Position numbers and translations under genes: made by a program. Of a stretch of 64,000 nucleotides of DNA, positions 51,032 through 63,937 are shown in pieces; position 1 is the stretch's first letter; each line of letters starts with the position of its first letter. Below the pieces are notes generated by a model, which searched no databases, was not told where the DNA came from, and saw only the letters and a list, made by a program, of their open reading frames with translations. The stretch lies in assembly GCA_965207375.1 (NCBI GenBank), contig CBDBMG010000002.1, forward strand, positions 480,001 to 544,000, given 5' to 3'. The stretch is from Nitrosopumilaceae archaeon (GTDB lineage: Archaea > Thermoproteota > Nitrososphaeria > Nitrososphaerales > Nitrosopumilaceae).

Positions 51032-54010
51032 ATGCTGGTAGTATTGGTTATTATATTGCTGCTTGGTTGTCAAGGGACACTTGGCACTAAGATACCAAAA
51101 TCATGGTCCACAAGAATTTCTGAAGTACTGAAGAAATATGATCTTACATGTAAGCAGTATTATATAATTCAGCAAAATTACATAATATGGAATAGGCAAT
51201 GAGATCCATCATCATGGGGAAATTTCACTGGTATCAAGAAGGACAGAATTGGAAGGTCCTCCACAACCGGAAGACATCCTATACCCATCTATTATAATTT
51301 GGAGTCCTTTTGAGGAGCACAATTTGGAAAGTATAGTTAAATGCCCTCTCTGTCAAAGTAGCTTGATTACTCATGACAAATATTGGGCAGATGGTACTCA
51401 TTCTTTTCAACCTAGAACATTACATTCATTTGATCACTTAGTTTTGTTGGTGAGCTGAGTTTATCAATGTATCAGTAAGCAAATATTGCTAGCACACGAC
51501 GAACGGTTTCTTCAGACTCTAGCAAAGTCAATAAATGTTCCATTTGTTTTACTCCACAAGACAGTATATACTAAAGAATTTATCAATAAGGTTGTAGTAC
51601 TTTGTAATAATGGATTAAATTTTTTCAAGGTTGAATCCATGAGCATAGAAGAACATTGGAATTATCATAGTATTTTAGAGCAAAAGTATTGGCAAGAGTT
51701 AAAGGAATACAAATCTCATTATCCCATGGAAGAACTCCAAACTATATCTTTTCCTACATTTACAATAGATGGAGGACCATTGTGTAGCATTCCAAGCAAT
51801 GATGCCATTGCTCAATGTTTCTTGAAAGACTTTATGGAGAAGGAAAGGTATTACATATCAGAAATGGTACACTTAACAAGCGATATATGGATCAACTGTG
51901 ATCATACTTTTAAAGTACGTAGCATCGAATATCGGATATTTGAGAGAATATAAAAAGTGGATTCGACAGTATAGCGAAGTATTCTTTGTCTTGAATAATG
52001 AAGGAAAAGTTATAAGTTGGCAGTTTACTAATGGAACATCTTTTGCTGAAATACAAATGTTGCTGACAAATTTAAAATATCGCTTTGAAACCCTAGGTGC
52101 TAAAGTACAAAAAGTAACTGTTGATAATTGTTGTCAGTGGAGAAATAAAATACAAGTTATATTTGGAAATAGCACGAGTGAGTGTATGTTTAGATGTATT
52201 TCATGCTGTGCAAAGAATTTCAAGAGCACTGCCAAAGAAACATCAATTATTTCATAAATGCATTGATGACTTAAAATTTGTTTTTAGAACTAGTGGAGAC
52301 TTGGGTATAAAGAGATGCAAGTCAACACCCTCACCAGACAAAATGCTCAGTAATATGGACCAATTTGTTGAAAAATGGAAAGACATCACTCATTCAGAAG
52401 TACCCTTGTTGAATGGTGGAGCACTAAATGAAATTGAAAAACTTAAAGTTCATATCACTCATTCAGGAAAGGATGTCTATCTAACATTGAAGTGGGATGT
52501 GGAACTAACTGAAATGAAGCTTTACACAGGCACATCAATTCCTTTTTCTACCAGAGCAGAATCAGTATGCTTCTAGCTTATGCACTTATGACAGTGCTTA
52601 TATATTCTCACAATTCTGCTCAACAAATTAAACCGAAAAGAGTTATAAAACCAATCAACACTATCATTGCTGAAGAGGCAAAACGTTCATATTTATCTTC
52701 ATTGTCAGAGAGGGTAACGACCATCATAGAACATTTTGGAATAATGCCCAAAGATTTATCAGATTTAAAAGATGATAGAGTATTCTATGACAAGCCTTCA
52801 GAAGAATGTGAAGGAGGCATTTTTGACCTAGATACAGCAACTATGCTGCTTTCAAATGCTGTACAGCAAAGTATGGTAGTTAACCAGATGAAATATTGCA
52901 AGCAGCTCCAAATATATTTAGTGATGCAAAAGGAGATTGAAAAATTAATTACTTCACCGAAGGATACACATGCTCCAAATGATCAGTTCCTAAATAATCT
53001 ACTTGAATCCAACAATCTACAACTGATTCCAGTTCCAGGAGATGGTAACTGTTGTTTTACTGCTGTAGGTAAGGGATTACAATGCATACTTGAAGAAAAT
53101 GGTGCATACAAATCAAGTCTTCTGGAACATGTGAACTCAATTGGTTTACAAATTGGTGATCTGCAACACACATCTTTGCAACTTCGAAAACTGACCATTG
53201 AGGAGTGGACTAGTTCTAACAAGAGTTTTTATGAAAAATTTCTTATCAGTCACCAAAATATTGATGATGCCACAGAAAAATTTTCTGAATCTGGATATTT
53301 TCAAAATGATCTTGGCGACTTAATGATATTAGCACTATGCAATGTGCTACATCTACCTATTATTATTTTTTCAAATATACCCAACCAGCCAGTTATTCCC
53401 ATATTGCCCAGAGAGACACGCTTTGACTCGTTGCTTTTTGTAGCATACAATCACATAGGTGCAGGCCACTATGATGCTGCAGTTACAAAGAAAAGGACGT
53501 TATCACAACCCAGGAACGATAGCTACTGCAAATGTGGTGTTAATGGAGATAAGCCCAGTTGTTGTAACAATGAAGGCTACCATACTGTGTTTTAAGAAAG
53601 GCATTGGATGTTCACAGTTGTGTAAGTGCAAAAACTGCTCAAACACATTTGGCAGAAGATCTTTATTGGGTAAAAGGAACTGAGTTATGCACACACAGCA
53701 GTATACTCTCCCAAGTAGCAAATTATTTGCTGAAGAGCAATCTGAGAAAATAAAGTATGGTCCATGGACACTTTTGGAAAACATAATTCTGGCTCATGTT
53801 CTTCAGAATTTCAGTGAGAATTTAGAAGATATGACAACAGAACACATACTACAAGGTTTCAATGAAATTATTACTTTTAACAAAATGTCACATTGCACTA
53901 TACAAATACCTGACTATATAATGATTGCAAGTCATAAAACTCCCTTGCAAATAAATGGTAAACTCCAATCACTATCATTACAAAATGAACAACACAAGAA
54001 TGACAAGTAG
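51032..54010 (+). pseudogene. Zisupton/KDZ-like DDE transposase fused to OTU protease and Cys-rich CXC domain
   Basis: Zn-binding N-terminus (IIWSP...CPLC...PR...VS*VYQC); DHTFKVASNIG, VTVDNCC, CLDVFHAVQR, GCGTN*NEALH; OTU VPGDGNCCFTAV...GHYDAA; CKCG...CFKKGIGCSQLCKCKNCSN; several frameshifts and stops. Confidence 0.75.
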
Positions 54011-55389
54011 CTAACAGCTGGAATTAATAATGTATTTACTTTAAGTTTTGAATATGCACTCTAGATCTATGTTTCTGTATATGTATGTATGTGTATGTAT
54101 GTAACTACAGGCATCACAATAATTATGCAATGTAACTCTTTTTTGGCTGTAAATGCACATGCAAATGCTTACAACTACAGAATACAGGGTAAAAACAAGC
54201 CAGCTATATACGTACCTAATCAGCATCAATTACACAACATAATTTCGTATTTTAGAAATTGGGCTGGGCAGAGCAAATTATTACTAATCGTACTTCAAAT
54301 GATTTACTAATACCCGGTTAAGTTTTGCTTCTGTGGTGTGGTTGTGTAACTCAGGATGTTTATCAGATAAGGTGCCTAGGTCTTTATAGGATGTAACAGT
54401 ATTTATTAACACATGGTTTAAATGGTACGAGTCATATAATGATGACGAGGACCAAGGCGCATAAGTTTATACTTACTGATGTTGAAGTGCAATGCCAATG
54501 GATGGAGTTCAAGTCTTTTAGAAGGCTACAGTAGATCATCATCACTGTTTCTAATTACTTTAAATTTTAGTTTCATCTGTAAATGCATAGCTACCTACGT
54601 ACATGAGACTTGATATGACTTAAGTAGCTAGATCATTCACATGTATGATGAAAAGAGAACCCAAAACATTGATCCCTGAGGGACACTACAAATAACTTTT
54701 CTATTTAAAAGAAAATTGCTTATCTAACTGGCTAACAAGTTTACCATGGATGCCAAATTTGGCTATAGGCTGCATACTAAACGCTGATTAGCTACGTACG
54801 TATATGTGTACATCGGTAGTAATATACGTAACTAACACACTCCAGACCAATAAAAGACATATAGCTAGCTATATTACATAGTGTCATACATACATACGTA
54901 CATGCTCCTCTATGCTTGGTTTGCTAGCTATAGACAGTCTAATGATGCAACTTTGAAAGGCAGGATAGAAGGACAAAGTACATACGTACATAGCTGTATA
55001 TTTCTCCTGTGCATTCAAATTACTGTTTTAGTTTGCTCTCAGCAATAACTTGCATAGACAAAAGGGTTAGCCGACAAAAGGATTGGCAGAACTTATACAA
55101 GTAAAGAAGTTGACATTGTGCTGCGTACATCTAAAAAGCCAGGCAGTCTAGTTTGTAATTACCAATTATTTTTTCTATTAATTAACAATCAAATCTTTGA
55201 ATTAGTGGTTACTATGGAGTTTTTTCAACAATGAGCAATGTAACAAATACTCAGAATCCTCTCAACTGTTTGTTTCTTACAAATTATTTCAGCTAACACT
55301 CCAGCATTTTAAAAGCAGCCATACCCTTTGTTAAAGTTGAAGCACTTTGCTGTTCTTGCTAACATATGAAGCCCGGTTTCACTGGAAAA

Positions 55390-56498
55390 TTAGAACCATT
55401 AGAACCAGGAAAACCATGAGAACCAGTGGAACCATTAGAACCATTAGAACCAGGAGAACCAGGAGAACTATTAGAACCAATGGAACCATTAGAATCAGTT
55501 GAACCACTAGAACCAGTGGAACCATTAGAACCATTAGAACCATTAGAACCAGTGGAACCATTAGAACCATTAGAACCAATGGAACCATTAGAACCAGTGG
55601 AACCACCAGAACCAGTTGAACCATTAGAACCAATGGAACCATTAGAACCAATGGAACCACCAGAACCAGTTGAACCATTAGAACCAATGGAACCATTAGA
55701 ACCAGTGGAACCAGGAGAACCATTAGAACCAGTGGAACCACCAGAACCAGTGGAAACATTAGAACCAGTGGAACCATTAGAACCATTAGAACCAATGGAA
55801 CCATTAGAACCAGTGGAACCAACAGAACCAGGAGAACCATTAGAACCAATGGAACCATTAGAACCAATGGAACCACCAGAACCAGTTGAACCATTAGAAC
55901 CAATGGAACCATTAGAACCAATGGAACCAGGAGAACCAGTAGAACCAGTGGAACCACCAGAACCAGTGGAACCATTAGAACCAGTGTAACCATTAGAACC
56001 ATTAGAACCAATGGAACCAATGGAACCATTAGAACCAATGGAACCATTAGAACCAGTTGAACCATTAGAACCAGTTGAATCATTAGAACCAATGGAACCA
56101 TTAGAACCAGTGGAACCACCAGAACCAGTTGAACCATTAGAACCAATGGAACCAGGAGAACCATTAGAACCAGTGGAACCACCAGAACCAGTGGAACCAT
56201 TAGAACCAGTGTAACCATTAGAACCATTAGAACCAATGGAACCATTAGAACCAGTGGAACCAACAGAACCAGGAGAACCATTAGAACCAATGGAACCATT
56301 AGAACCAATGGAACCATTAGAACCAATGGAACCATTAGAACCAGTAGAACCACCAGAACCAGTGGAACCATTAGAACCAGTTGAACCATTACAACCAATG
56401 GAACCATTAGAACCAGTGGAACCAACAGAACCAGGAGAACCATTAGAACCAATGGGAACCAGTGGAACCACCAGAACCAGGAGAACCATTAGAACCAA
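55390..56498. repeat. 9 bp minisatellite (GAACCA+NNN), about 120 units; open (Gly-Ser-X)n frame on the minus strand
   Basis: Direct reading; ORF 55359-56498(-). Confidence 0.9.
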
Positions 56499-56499
56499 T

Positions 56500-56995
56500 C
56501 ACTACCAGCAACTTGAGTAATGAAATATCTATTATAATGCCATGAAACGTCAAATGATGCCATGATTCATACCATGAAGCTTTTATTTCATTAGTAGTTC
56601 ATGGATACAATGATATATAGGTTCTTCAGCTATAAAAATCACATGAATTTAAATTTCATGGTTTTGGGAGATACCATGAATTTTTTTTCAATGCATTCTA
56701 CAAATTTCATAGGAGTTTCATGGGTCTGCTGACTATAATCATGATTCTTAAGCTTATCAATTATATATCCAGCTATTTACATTTTGGTGGTGAGAAAGTT
56801 GCTAACTGGTGGTAATCATTTTTGATGTGGTTAGGATGATTATTAATTATCATGCATAGCTACTTGCCCTTTCACTGCAAGGTCTCCATTTTAGTATGCA
56901 ACTGTGTCTAGCTATAGCTGTAGTAACATGTGTTATGCATGCAATAGCTTACGTAGCTACACTAATGTTGATAGTGGAGCCACATTTTAGTCTTT
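56500..56995 (+). mobile_element. CACTA-start repeat, copy 2
   Basis: Homologous to 16927-17442. Confidence 0.65.
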
Positions 56996-57200
56996 TTCTC
57001 TGGCTGAAGCACTGACAAATAGCTAAACTGGCCGAGAGTGAGAAAAGTAGATAGCTATGTAATAGTTGTCAATTAAGCTACGTATGTAGCTATATATATA
57101 GCTAGCAACTTGGTGAAAGGGATCTGCATTGTGCATTGCCATTAGGAAAGTATTGCTCTAAAATGGAATTTAGCATGTCCTCGATTGTCTCCGTCATAAA

Positions 57201-57238
<38 letters not shown>

Positions 57239-60200
57239 TTAGATGTATAGCTACATTACTACTTAGCTAGCTACCTATGTTTAATAGCCATGCTGGGATT
57301 GCTTGCTGGTCATGCATATACATGCATTGTCCAGCTTATACCTTACTTCTTGCCTTATTTAAATGTATTGTAACACACATGCATACTGAACTATTGTGTA
57401 CAGCTACATTACTTATAATGCACCCATGTACACATAGCTACTCAGTTATAGATATACGTACCTTGCCAAGAAAATACTTCAAATATCATTAACTTTTATC
57501 AATAGCAATAAATTCGTATAATAGCTATTACGTTTTTATACAACAACTATCTACGTACCTTTATAGCTAATGATCAAATCTTGTAGTTTATGCAAGCTAT
57601 CAATGACCACCTGACCCATGCATCATCTAGCTGCATGACATAATCAGTAAACCTATGTTTGTGGAAAATTCTAGTATACACATGCATGGATGCCTGACAC
57701 ATGCTAGCTACATAGCCATATGCATGAAACCATTCATCTTCTTATTAGCTACGTATATGTATACATGCATACGTAGCTACCACTAATTTCTGTGTACTTG
57801 TGTAAAGTGGTCCCACAAGAGATTATACTTATCTCAGTTAAAACCGAGTTACACAAGTTACTATAGTGGGTAGTTTATACGTAGCTACATAGCTACATAA
57901 TTGCACCGCTGCTAGCTGGTCCCACAAGAAACTGTTGATCTCAGTTAAAACTCTCTGTACACAAATTTTAAAGTTTGCTAAAGAGTCCCACAGGAAACCT
58001 TCAGACTCAGTTAAAACCAACTTCAGCAGTGAATTCTGCAGCTAGCTAGCTACATACGTACGTATGTAATTATTATGAAAATGGTCATACATATAACTAT
58101 AACCTTAGGACTAGATTACAATGTACAGTTAAACATACCTTTGCTATGCATACTTGCACTTTCATAGGTACGTAATAGCAAGTGTGTATATACAGTGGTT
58201 AAACTTCACTCAATAAACAGCAAAAATCTGATGAATTCAAAAGTTCCACATACGTATATAGCTAGCTACGTAATGCTAAAGATGTGCACATGTATTAGAT
58301 ATGTACGTATGTAGCTATATAGTATATAGCCAGTGCTAATAATTATTGTCATAGTAGGCACAACAAAATTCTCACTATCACTCAAGACATGTAGCTGTAC
58401 AGCTAAACAACTGCATCGGTAGCTAGTTGTCAGGGTTGCTACAACAAGCATGAACCTTAACCCAGACATGGTAATTGATTAAGCAAATAGCTAGCTACGT
58501 ATGTTGATTGTTGTTTATAATAAACCTTCATGAGATTTCATGGATTCACTGACTATAGATGTAATTATATACGTATGTTATACCAAGATCAGTGCTATAC
58601 ATATGTAGCTACCTAGCTACGTATATTATACAACTATACGTATGTAGCTAATATACTTTCACTACTTACATATAGCTGAATTGTATTCATTACTTATACT
58701 CTCAGAAAAAATACATGTACACTTTCTGATGATTAGTCGGGAATAGTGCTTTCAAGTTCCACCCATTAAATATGTAAATCTGTTTGATGCATAACTATCA
58801 ATAAATTATCAAAATGGTAGCTATATAGCTAGATATATACCATCTGCTACAGACTGGACAGATTGGCATCACACCACTTATATAATTAGTATGGACATAC
58901 TAATCTGGTATAAATAGTCTGCAATATACATGGGTGCACAGAAGTTCCCCGTGCAATGAGACGGCTATTCTTTGGACTAGCTACACATTATAGCTATGCT
59001 TTATTTAATTTATTATTAAAAAATTGTGGAAAGTATCAGAATACTCCATTGTCCCAATGGAGCTTCCGTAGCTTTACCTTTGTCATAGACAATACAGACT
59101 ATGTGGCATGAAACTTTTGATGAATTGGGGGCAAGGAAAATTTTCAAGTTTTGACGAATTATAGCTATCAGCTTTACATGCAAACAGCTATTGGTAAAAA
59201 AACTTTGGATGGTACGAATAGCAAAGAATTTCTCAAATCATCAATATTTCTCCTGACAAAAGTTTGCACCGTCAGTAGCTAGTTATGTACATATAGATGA
59301 AATAATTATAAGTTCACCTTAGTGTACTGTGGTTAAGTTATTAAATTTATATGTATAGCTTTAGCTATGTATCACTGTAGAAATAGTTACTATAGATGTT
59401 TTGATTAGCTAGCTAGCTATGTATTTATTACTAATTAGTTGTGTATAGCTTTGCATTACCTACAAATCCTATATTTATTAAGGCTTGCAAACACACAGTT
59501 TATAAACATAAAATTAATCCATGTGTATATATGTGGTAGCTGTGTGTGTGCGTGCGTGTGTGTGTGTGTGCGCGTGTGTGTGTGTAGAACTATATGCTAC
59601 GTATATGTACTTTCGTTGCTTCTTAAGATGTGACATGGATGTTTGTGTGCTCAGAGTGTGGCAAGGGCTATTCTCGCAACTGCCGCCTTCAAAAACATCT
59701 TGAAAAAGAGCATCATGTCACCACCACTGTTAAACGAAGCAGGCGATTCAAGTGTCCCATGTGCACCGAGACATCTTTCTTTATGTTTCTGGAAATGAAA
59801 AGGCATTGTGAAGAAGAACATCAAAATAATCTAGGTACATATGTATAATATCATAACATGAAATTACTTCAATTACATTATTAGGTACTAAAGTGCACCA
59901 TTTTGAAACATTTGCAGAGTTCACAAGGTGGAAAGATGATATGGAAGAAAAAGACCATGTATACTACACAAAACAGAAGGAGTACAAACTTTCTGAGGGT
60001 ATAATGCATGCATCACAAATACCCTCATGACAGTGCCTTTACAGGTGATGTAACCAAGCGTCTATACTATGTGTGTTGCTGAGATGGTAACTACCGACCA
60101 TGCACAAAACAACGACAGACTGGAAAAAAACGTCCCCATCAGAAAGATACGAGGAAGCTCAATGACACTTGCATCTCTAGAATTTATGTGGACTACTACG

Positions 60201-60735
60201 ATGATGGTCATGTGACAGTAACACACATTACAGCACATACAAATCACCAACTAGGGCATCATGAGGATATGTATCTGCCCCTCCCTAAGAGCATAAAAGA
60301 TGAGATAGCAATTAAACTCAGTAATGGAATTCCTGCAGAGAGGATAACGGAAGGTACACAGTCCCTATTCAAGATACAGCAAAGGCTTACATGCCAGCTT
60401 GTGTGCACGTAATATTGTTCATATGTATGTACGCTATATATATACATATAGGGATCATACCTCCTAGTTAATGACCTTAAATTTTCAGCAATGATAAAGC
60501 AATGCCTTATCTACTAATGCTGCAAATTTTGACTCAGTAGACCTTTTCTAACAAAAGTTATAAATACTGAAGTGGCAAATTTGGAAGTGTGAACTGGGCT
60601 CTAGGCTGGCTTTCGCTTGGACAGTCACATATACCAACACAAACAAGACAACTGAAACATCCATAACTACCTGTAATACATCACTGCTCAAAGAACTCGG
60701 GCTAGTATGCATGTACCTGTATGCAACTATGCATT

Positions 60736-61012
60736 AGAGCTGTGCAACTTGACCAGTTATAACTGACCAAACTGGTTAACTAACCTCTAATATTTTCACT
60801 CAAAATGTATCTATAATAGCGATGATGTCACACCTGTTCACCCTTTGTATATAACCACTTGGTACCCCCATTATAGGATAATCTATGTACTACAAATTTT
60901 ATTTAAGTGCTAGGTGCAGCATAAAAATCTCATCCATTTTAGTTAACTGGATAACCAGCAATTATTTGTTCAGTAACCGGTTTTGATCTTCTGTCCAGTT
61001 TCACATGCTCTA
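60736..61012. mobile_element. hAT-like MITE (degenerate)
   Basis: TAGAGCTGTGCAAC...GTTTCACATGCTCTA. Confidence 0.5.
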
Positions 61013-61222
61013 GTGTGTATAGATGCATACATGCATGCACAAGCTAGAAACACACATACATACATACATATCTACATACTTGTGTGCGTACGTACAGCCA
61101 CATACACACACATAAATATGTAAATGCATACACATTGTCAAAATTTGAAAGGTAAACCAAATTTTATGCCGGTCAAGGTATCCAGTATATAAGCTAGCTA
61201 ATATAATTCCAGTGTACGGTAT

Positions 61223-61417
61223 CAGAGCTTGAAATAAGGATTAGAAATAAATTGGTCACCCATTAATTAAAGGTATAGTAATATTATTATAGACTATCAA
61301 TGGCTTCCCCATAGGAAATGTACAGTAAATTTGTCCTAGCAATCAGATTTTGCTTGGCCGAAATGGCAATATATTGGTTGGAAAGTCGCCAATGGCCGAC
61401 TGTTATTTCAAGCTCTG
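61223..61417. mobile_element. CAG-ended MITE (intronic)
   Basis: TIR CAGAGCTTGAAATAA; flanks CGGTAT/CAGTAT; related to 63750-63937. Confidence 0.75.
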
Positions 61418-62437
61418 CAGTATACTCAATGTGTAACAGTAGCCCTGGACAACTAACAAAATACATACATTGTATGGTATTGTGCACCCTCACACTATGG
61501 AATCTCACATATTGCATATACTGTAGATATAAGGGAAAAGGTTGGACACCGAGCAAACCGCTTGGAATTTGGTGCAGCTGTCAGACGCAAGCATATGGTC
61601 ACAAAAAGGATATAACCAACAAACGAGTATTGGTAAAGGATATGACAGTAATCTGCAACAAGGAGGATGCTGTGTCTGTTGACATGTTCATTCAAGAATT
61701 ATGTGGGGAACCTTATAATCTGATTTTGTTGTACAAGCGGCAACATGAAACTGATAAGCAGTGCCCCTCATTAACAGAGGATATATTTTTTTGGCCATAC
61801 AGACTGATTTTCAGCGACAGTTGTATGAACAGTATGCACACAAGGTGGTATGCATTGATGCTACAAATGGTACCAATGCATACCGATTTAAGTTGATTAC
61901 TATCATGATTGCTGATGACTATGGACAAGGTAAACACTATGGCATTGTTATAAACGTTGCAAATTTAACGTGTAGGATACCCATTGGCATGGTGCATTAG
62001 CAGCCAAGAAACAACTGAAGTTGTACAACTGCTTTTTAAGGCTATTAAGGAACGCTCTCCTGATGTTGAAATTCATACTTTGATGACAGATGATGGTAAG
62101 CATGCAGTATAGTAGTGATCTGTACATGACTATGATAATTGCTTTAAAGATGACATTTGGTATAACGGAGGAAAAGCAGTGTTTGGAAGTAAGATACACC
62201 ATCTTCTATGCCACTGGCATGTTGACAGGTATATACGTACACAACACAGTATCAGAGAACTTCGCACAAAATATATGCTATTGTTCACTTGCACAAAGGA
62301 TGGAGTAGATATCCTAAACTAACAGTTCAAATTTATTGGTATAATGTATGCTTAGCATAACTGTAGAAAATTTATGGGGAATTTTTCATTTACGTAAGTA
62401 TATTTATCAACAGTACACTTCCAAAAACAAAGGTCAT

Positions 62438-62691
62438 ATGTGACCCAGCATGAGAAAACAGGGCTTATGTGCACATAAAATTTGACCACGTTTTTTGATT
62501 TCAAACTTAAATAACTTTACAAGTAAACATAGGAGTCTAATAAAATTTACACCATTTATACAGCTTTTCATAGTAAATCTTATGCAGCTTATAGATTTCT
62601 AAAATCATAAATGATATAGGAGATACGCACTGTAATGTGAATAAGTGTATTTTGTGTACATAAGCCCGGTTTTCTCATGCTGGGTCACATA
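62438..62691. mobile_element. TGTGAC-family MITE (intronic)
   Basis: About 40 bp TIR TATGTGACCCAGCATGAGAAAAC.GGGCTTATGT. Confidence 0.85.
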
Positions 62692-63749
62692 TACGTATAC
62701 ATTAGTGAAGTGGTGTACACATCTGACAAACATTTTATGTGCTAACTCCATGTAACATGGTAGCTACAACAGTGCACACACACAAAGTAAGCCTTCCCAA
62801 TACACCATTAATTTAGTTAGGTAGACAGGAGCAATATGACAGTAGCAGCAGCACCACATACAAAAATATTACTTACATACATCAATCAGGTCCATAGTAT
62901 GTTACATTTCCCCATTGTGTGCATGGCATCAACAGATCATGGAAAAACCACCTAAGGAGTGTTGCAAAGGAGAATCAATTGAGTATCTACCTGACATTAT
63001 GTATACTACTTCATGAAGTAGATACGTCTCTGTTCACTTTACGTATGACACAGTTTACCAACTATTGGAGCAGCAAAGAGCCTAATTTTATCAAATATTT
63101 TAACACTTATTACAAAGAAAGAGCTGGTCAGTACGTATTTAAGTGACTTAATTACTATTTTAATTTTGTGGTGATTAGAAAAATGGGCAAGATGCTATCG
63201 CCACTTTTCCCATGCAGACACTGATACCAACATGTACTTAGAAAGGTATACCTATACATTTACATTAAGCTCATATCAATGTATAGACTACATACATGCT
63301 TTCACAGCTTTCATGCTAAGCTAAAGACAAATTACCTGAATGGTAAAGTTAATAGAAGAGTAGATTTTTTAATTGATGCACTGCTGAGAATAAGAAGATT
63401 GCTTTTAAGGTAGCACAGAAACAAAGAATGGGAATTGTCAATCGACAGGAGATTAAGGAATCGTACCGGCATCAGAAAGGGTTGCAAATTAAACCCGAAG
63501 ATGAGACAGTGTGTAATGACCTACTGTATTTATCCCTATAGAAACCTGGGAATTTATTTCTACTCAGTTGATTAGCCACAAGTTATAGTAGGCTGTACTC
63601 TATAAGCTATTGTAAGATTTCATCACCTGACCGGTAGTACCCCCTGGACTTCACAGGGATAAATACAGCACTCCTCATGCAGTAGTATAATCATACAATA
63701 TGTTTCAGAATATTGGATGACAATCATTGGACTGTTAAGAGTACCTCTG

Positions 63750-63937
63750 CAGTGCTCAAAATAATGGTTGGAAGTTGGTCGGTCATTCAATCAAAATAGG
63801 AACATTATTATGGACTATCATTGGCTTCCCCATTGGAAATGTACAGTAAAATTTATCCTATCAAATTGGACTTTGCTCGGTCATATGCTGAAGTGGGTCA
63901 GAAAATGACCTGTGACAGACCACTATTTTGAGCTCTG
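63750..63937. mobile_element. CAG-ended MITE with 5 bp TSD inserted in a MULE exon
   Basis: CAGTGCTCAAAATA / TATTTTGAGCTCTG; TSD CTCTG; removal restores ...HWTVKSTSGLVTDGYTVSRKSVTCSEC. Confidence 0.85.

Noticed and set aside
55379-56520. Poly-EP (+) and poly-VLMVPL (-) ORFs
   Set aside because: Alternative frames of the 9 bp minisatellite; the plus frame contains stops
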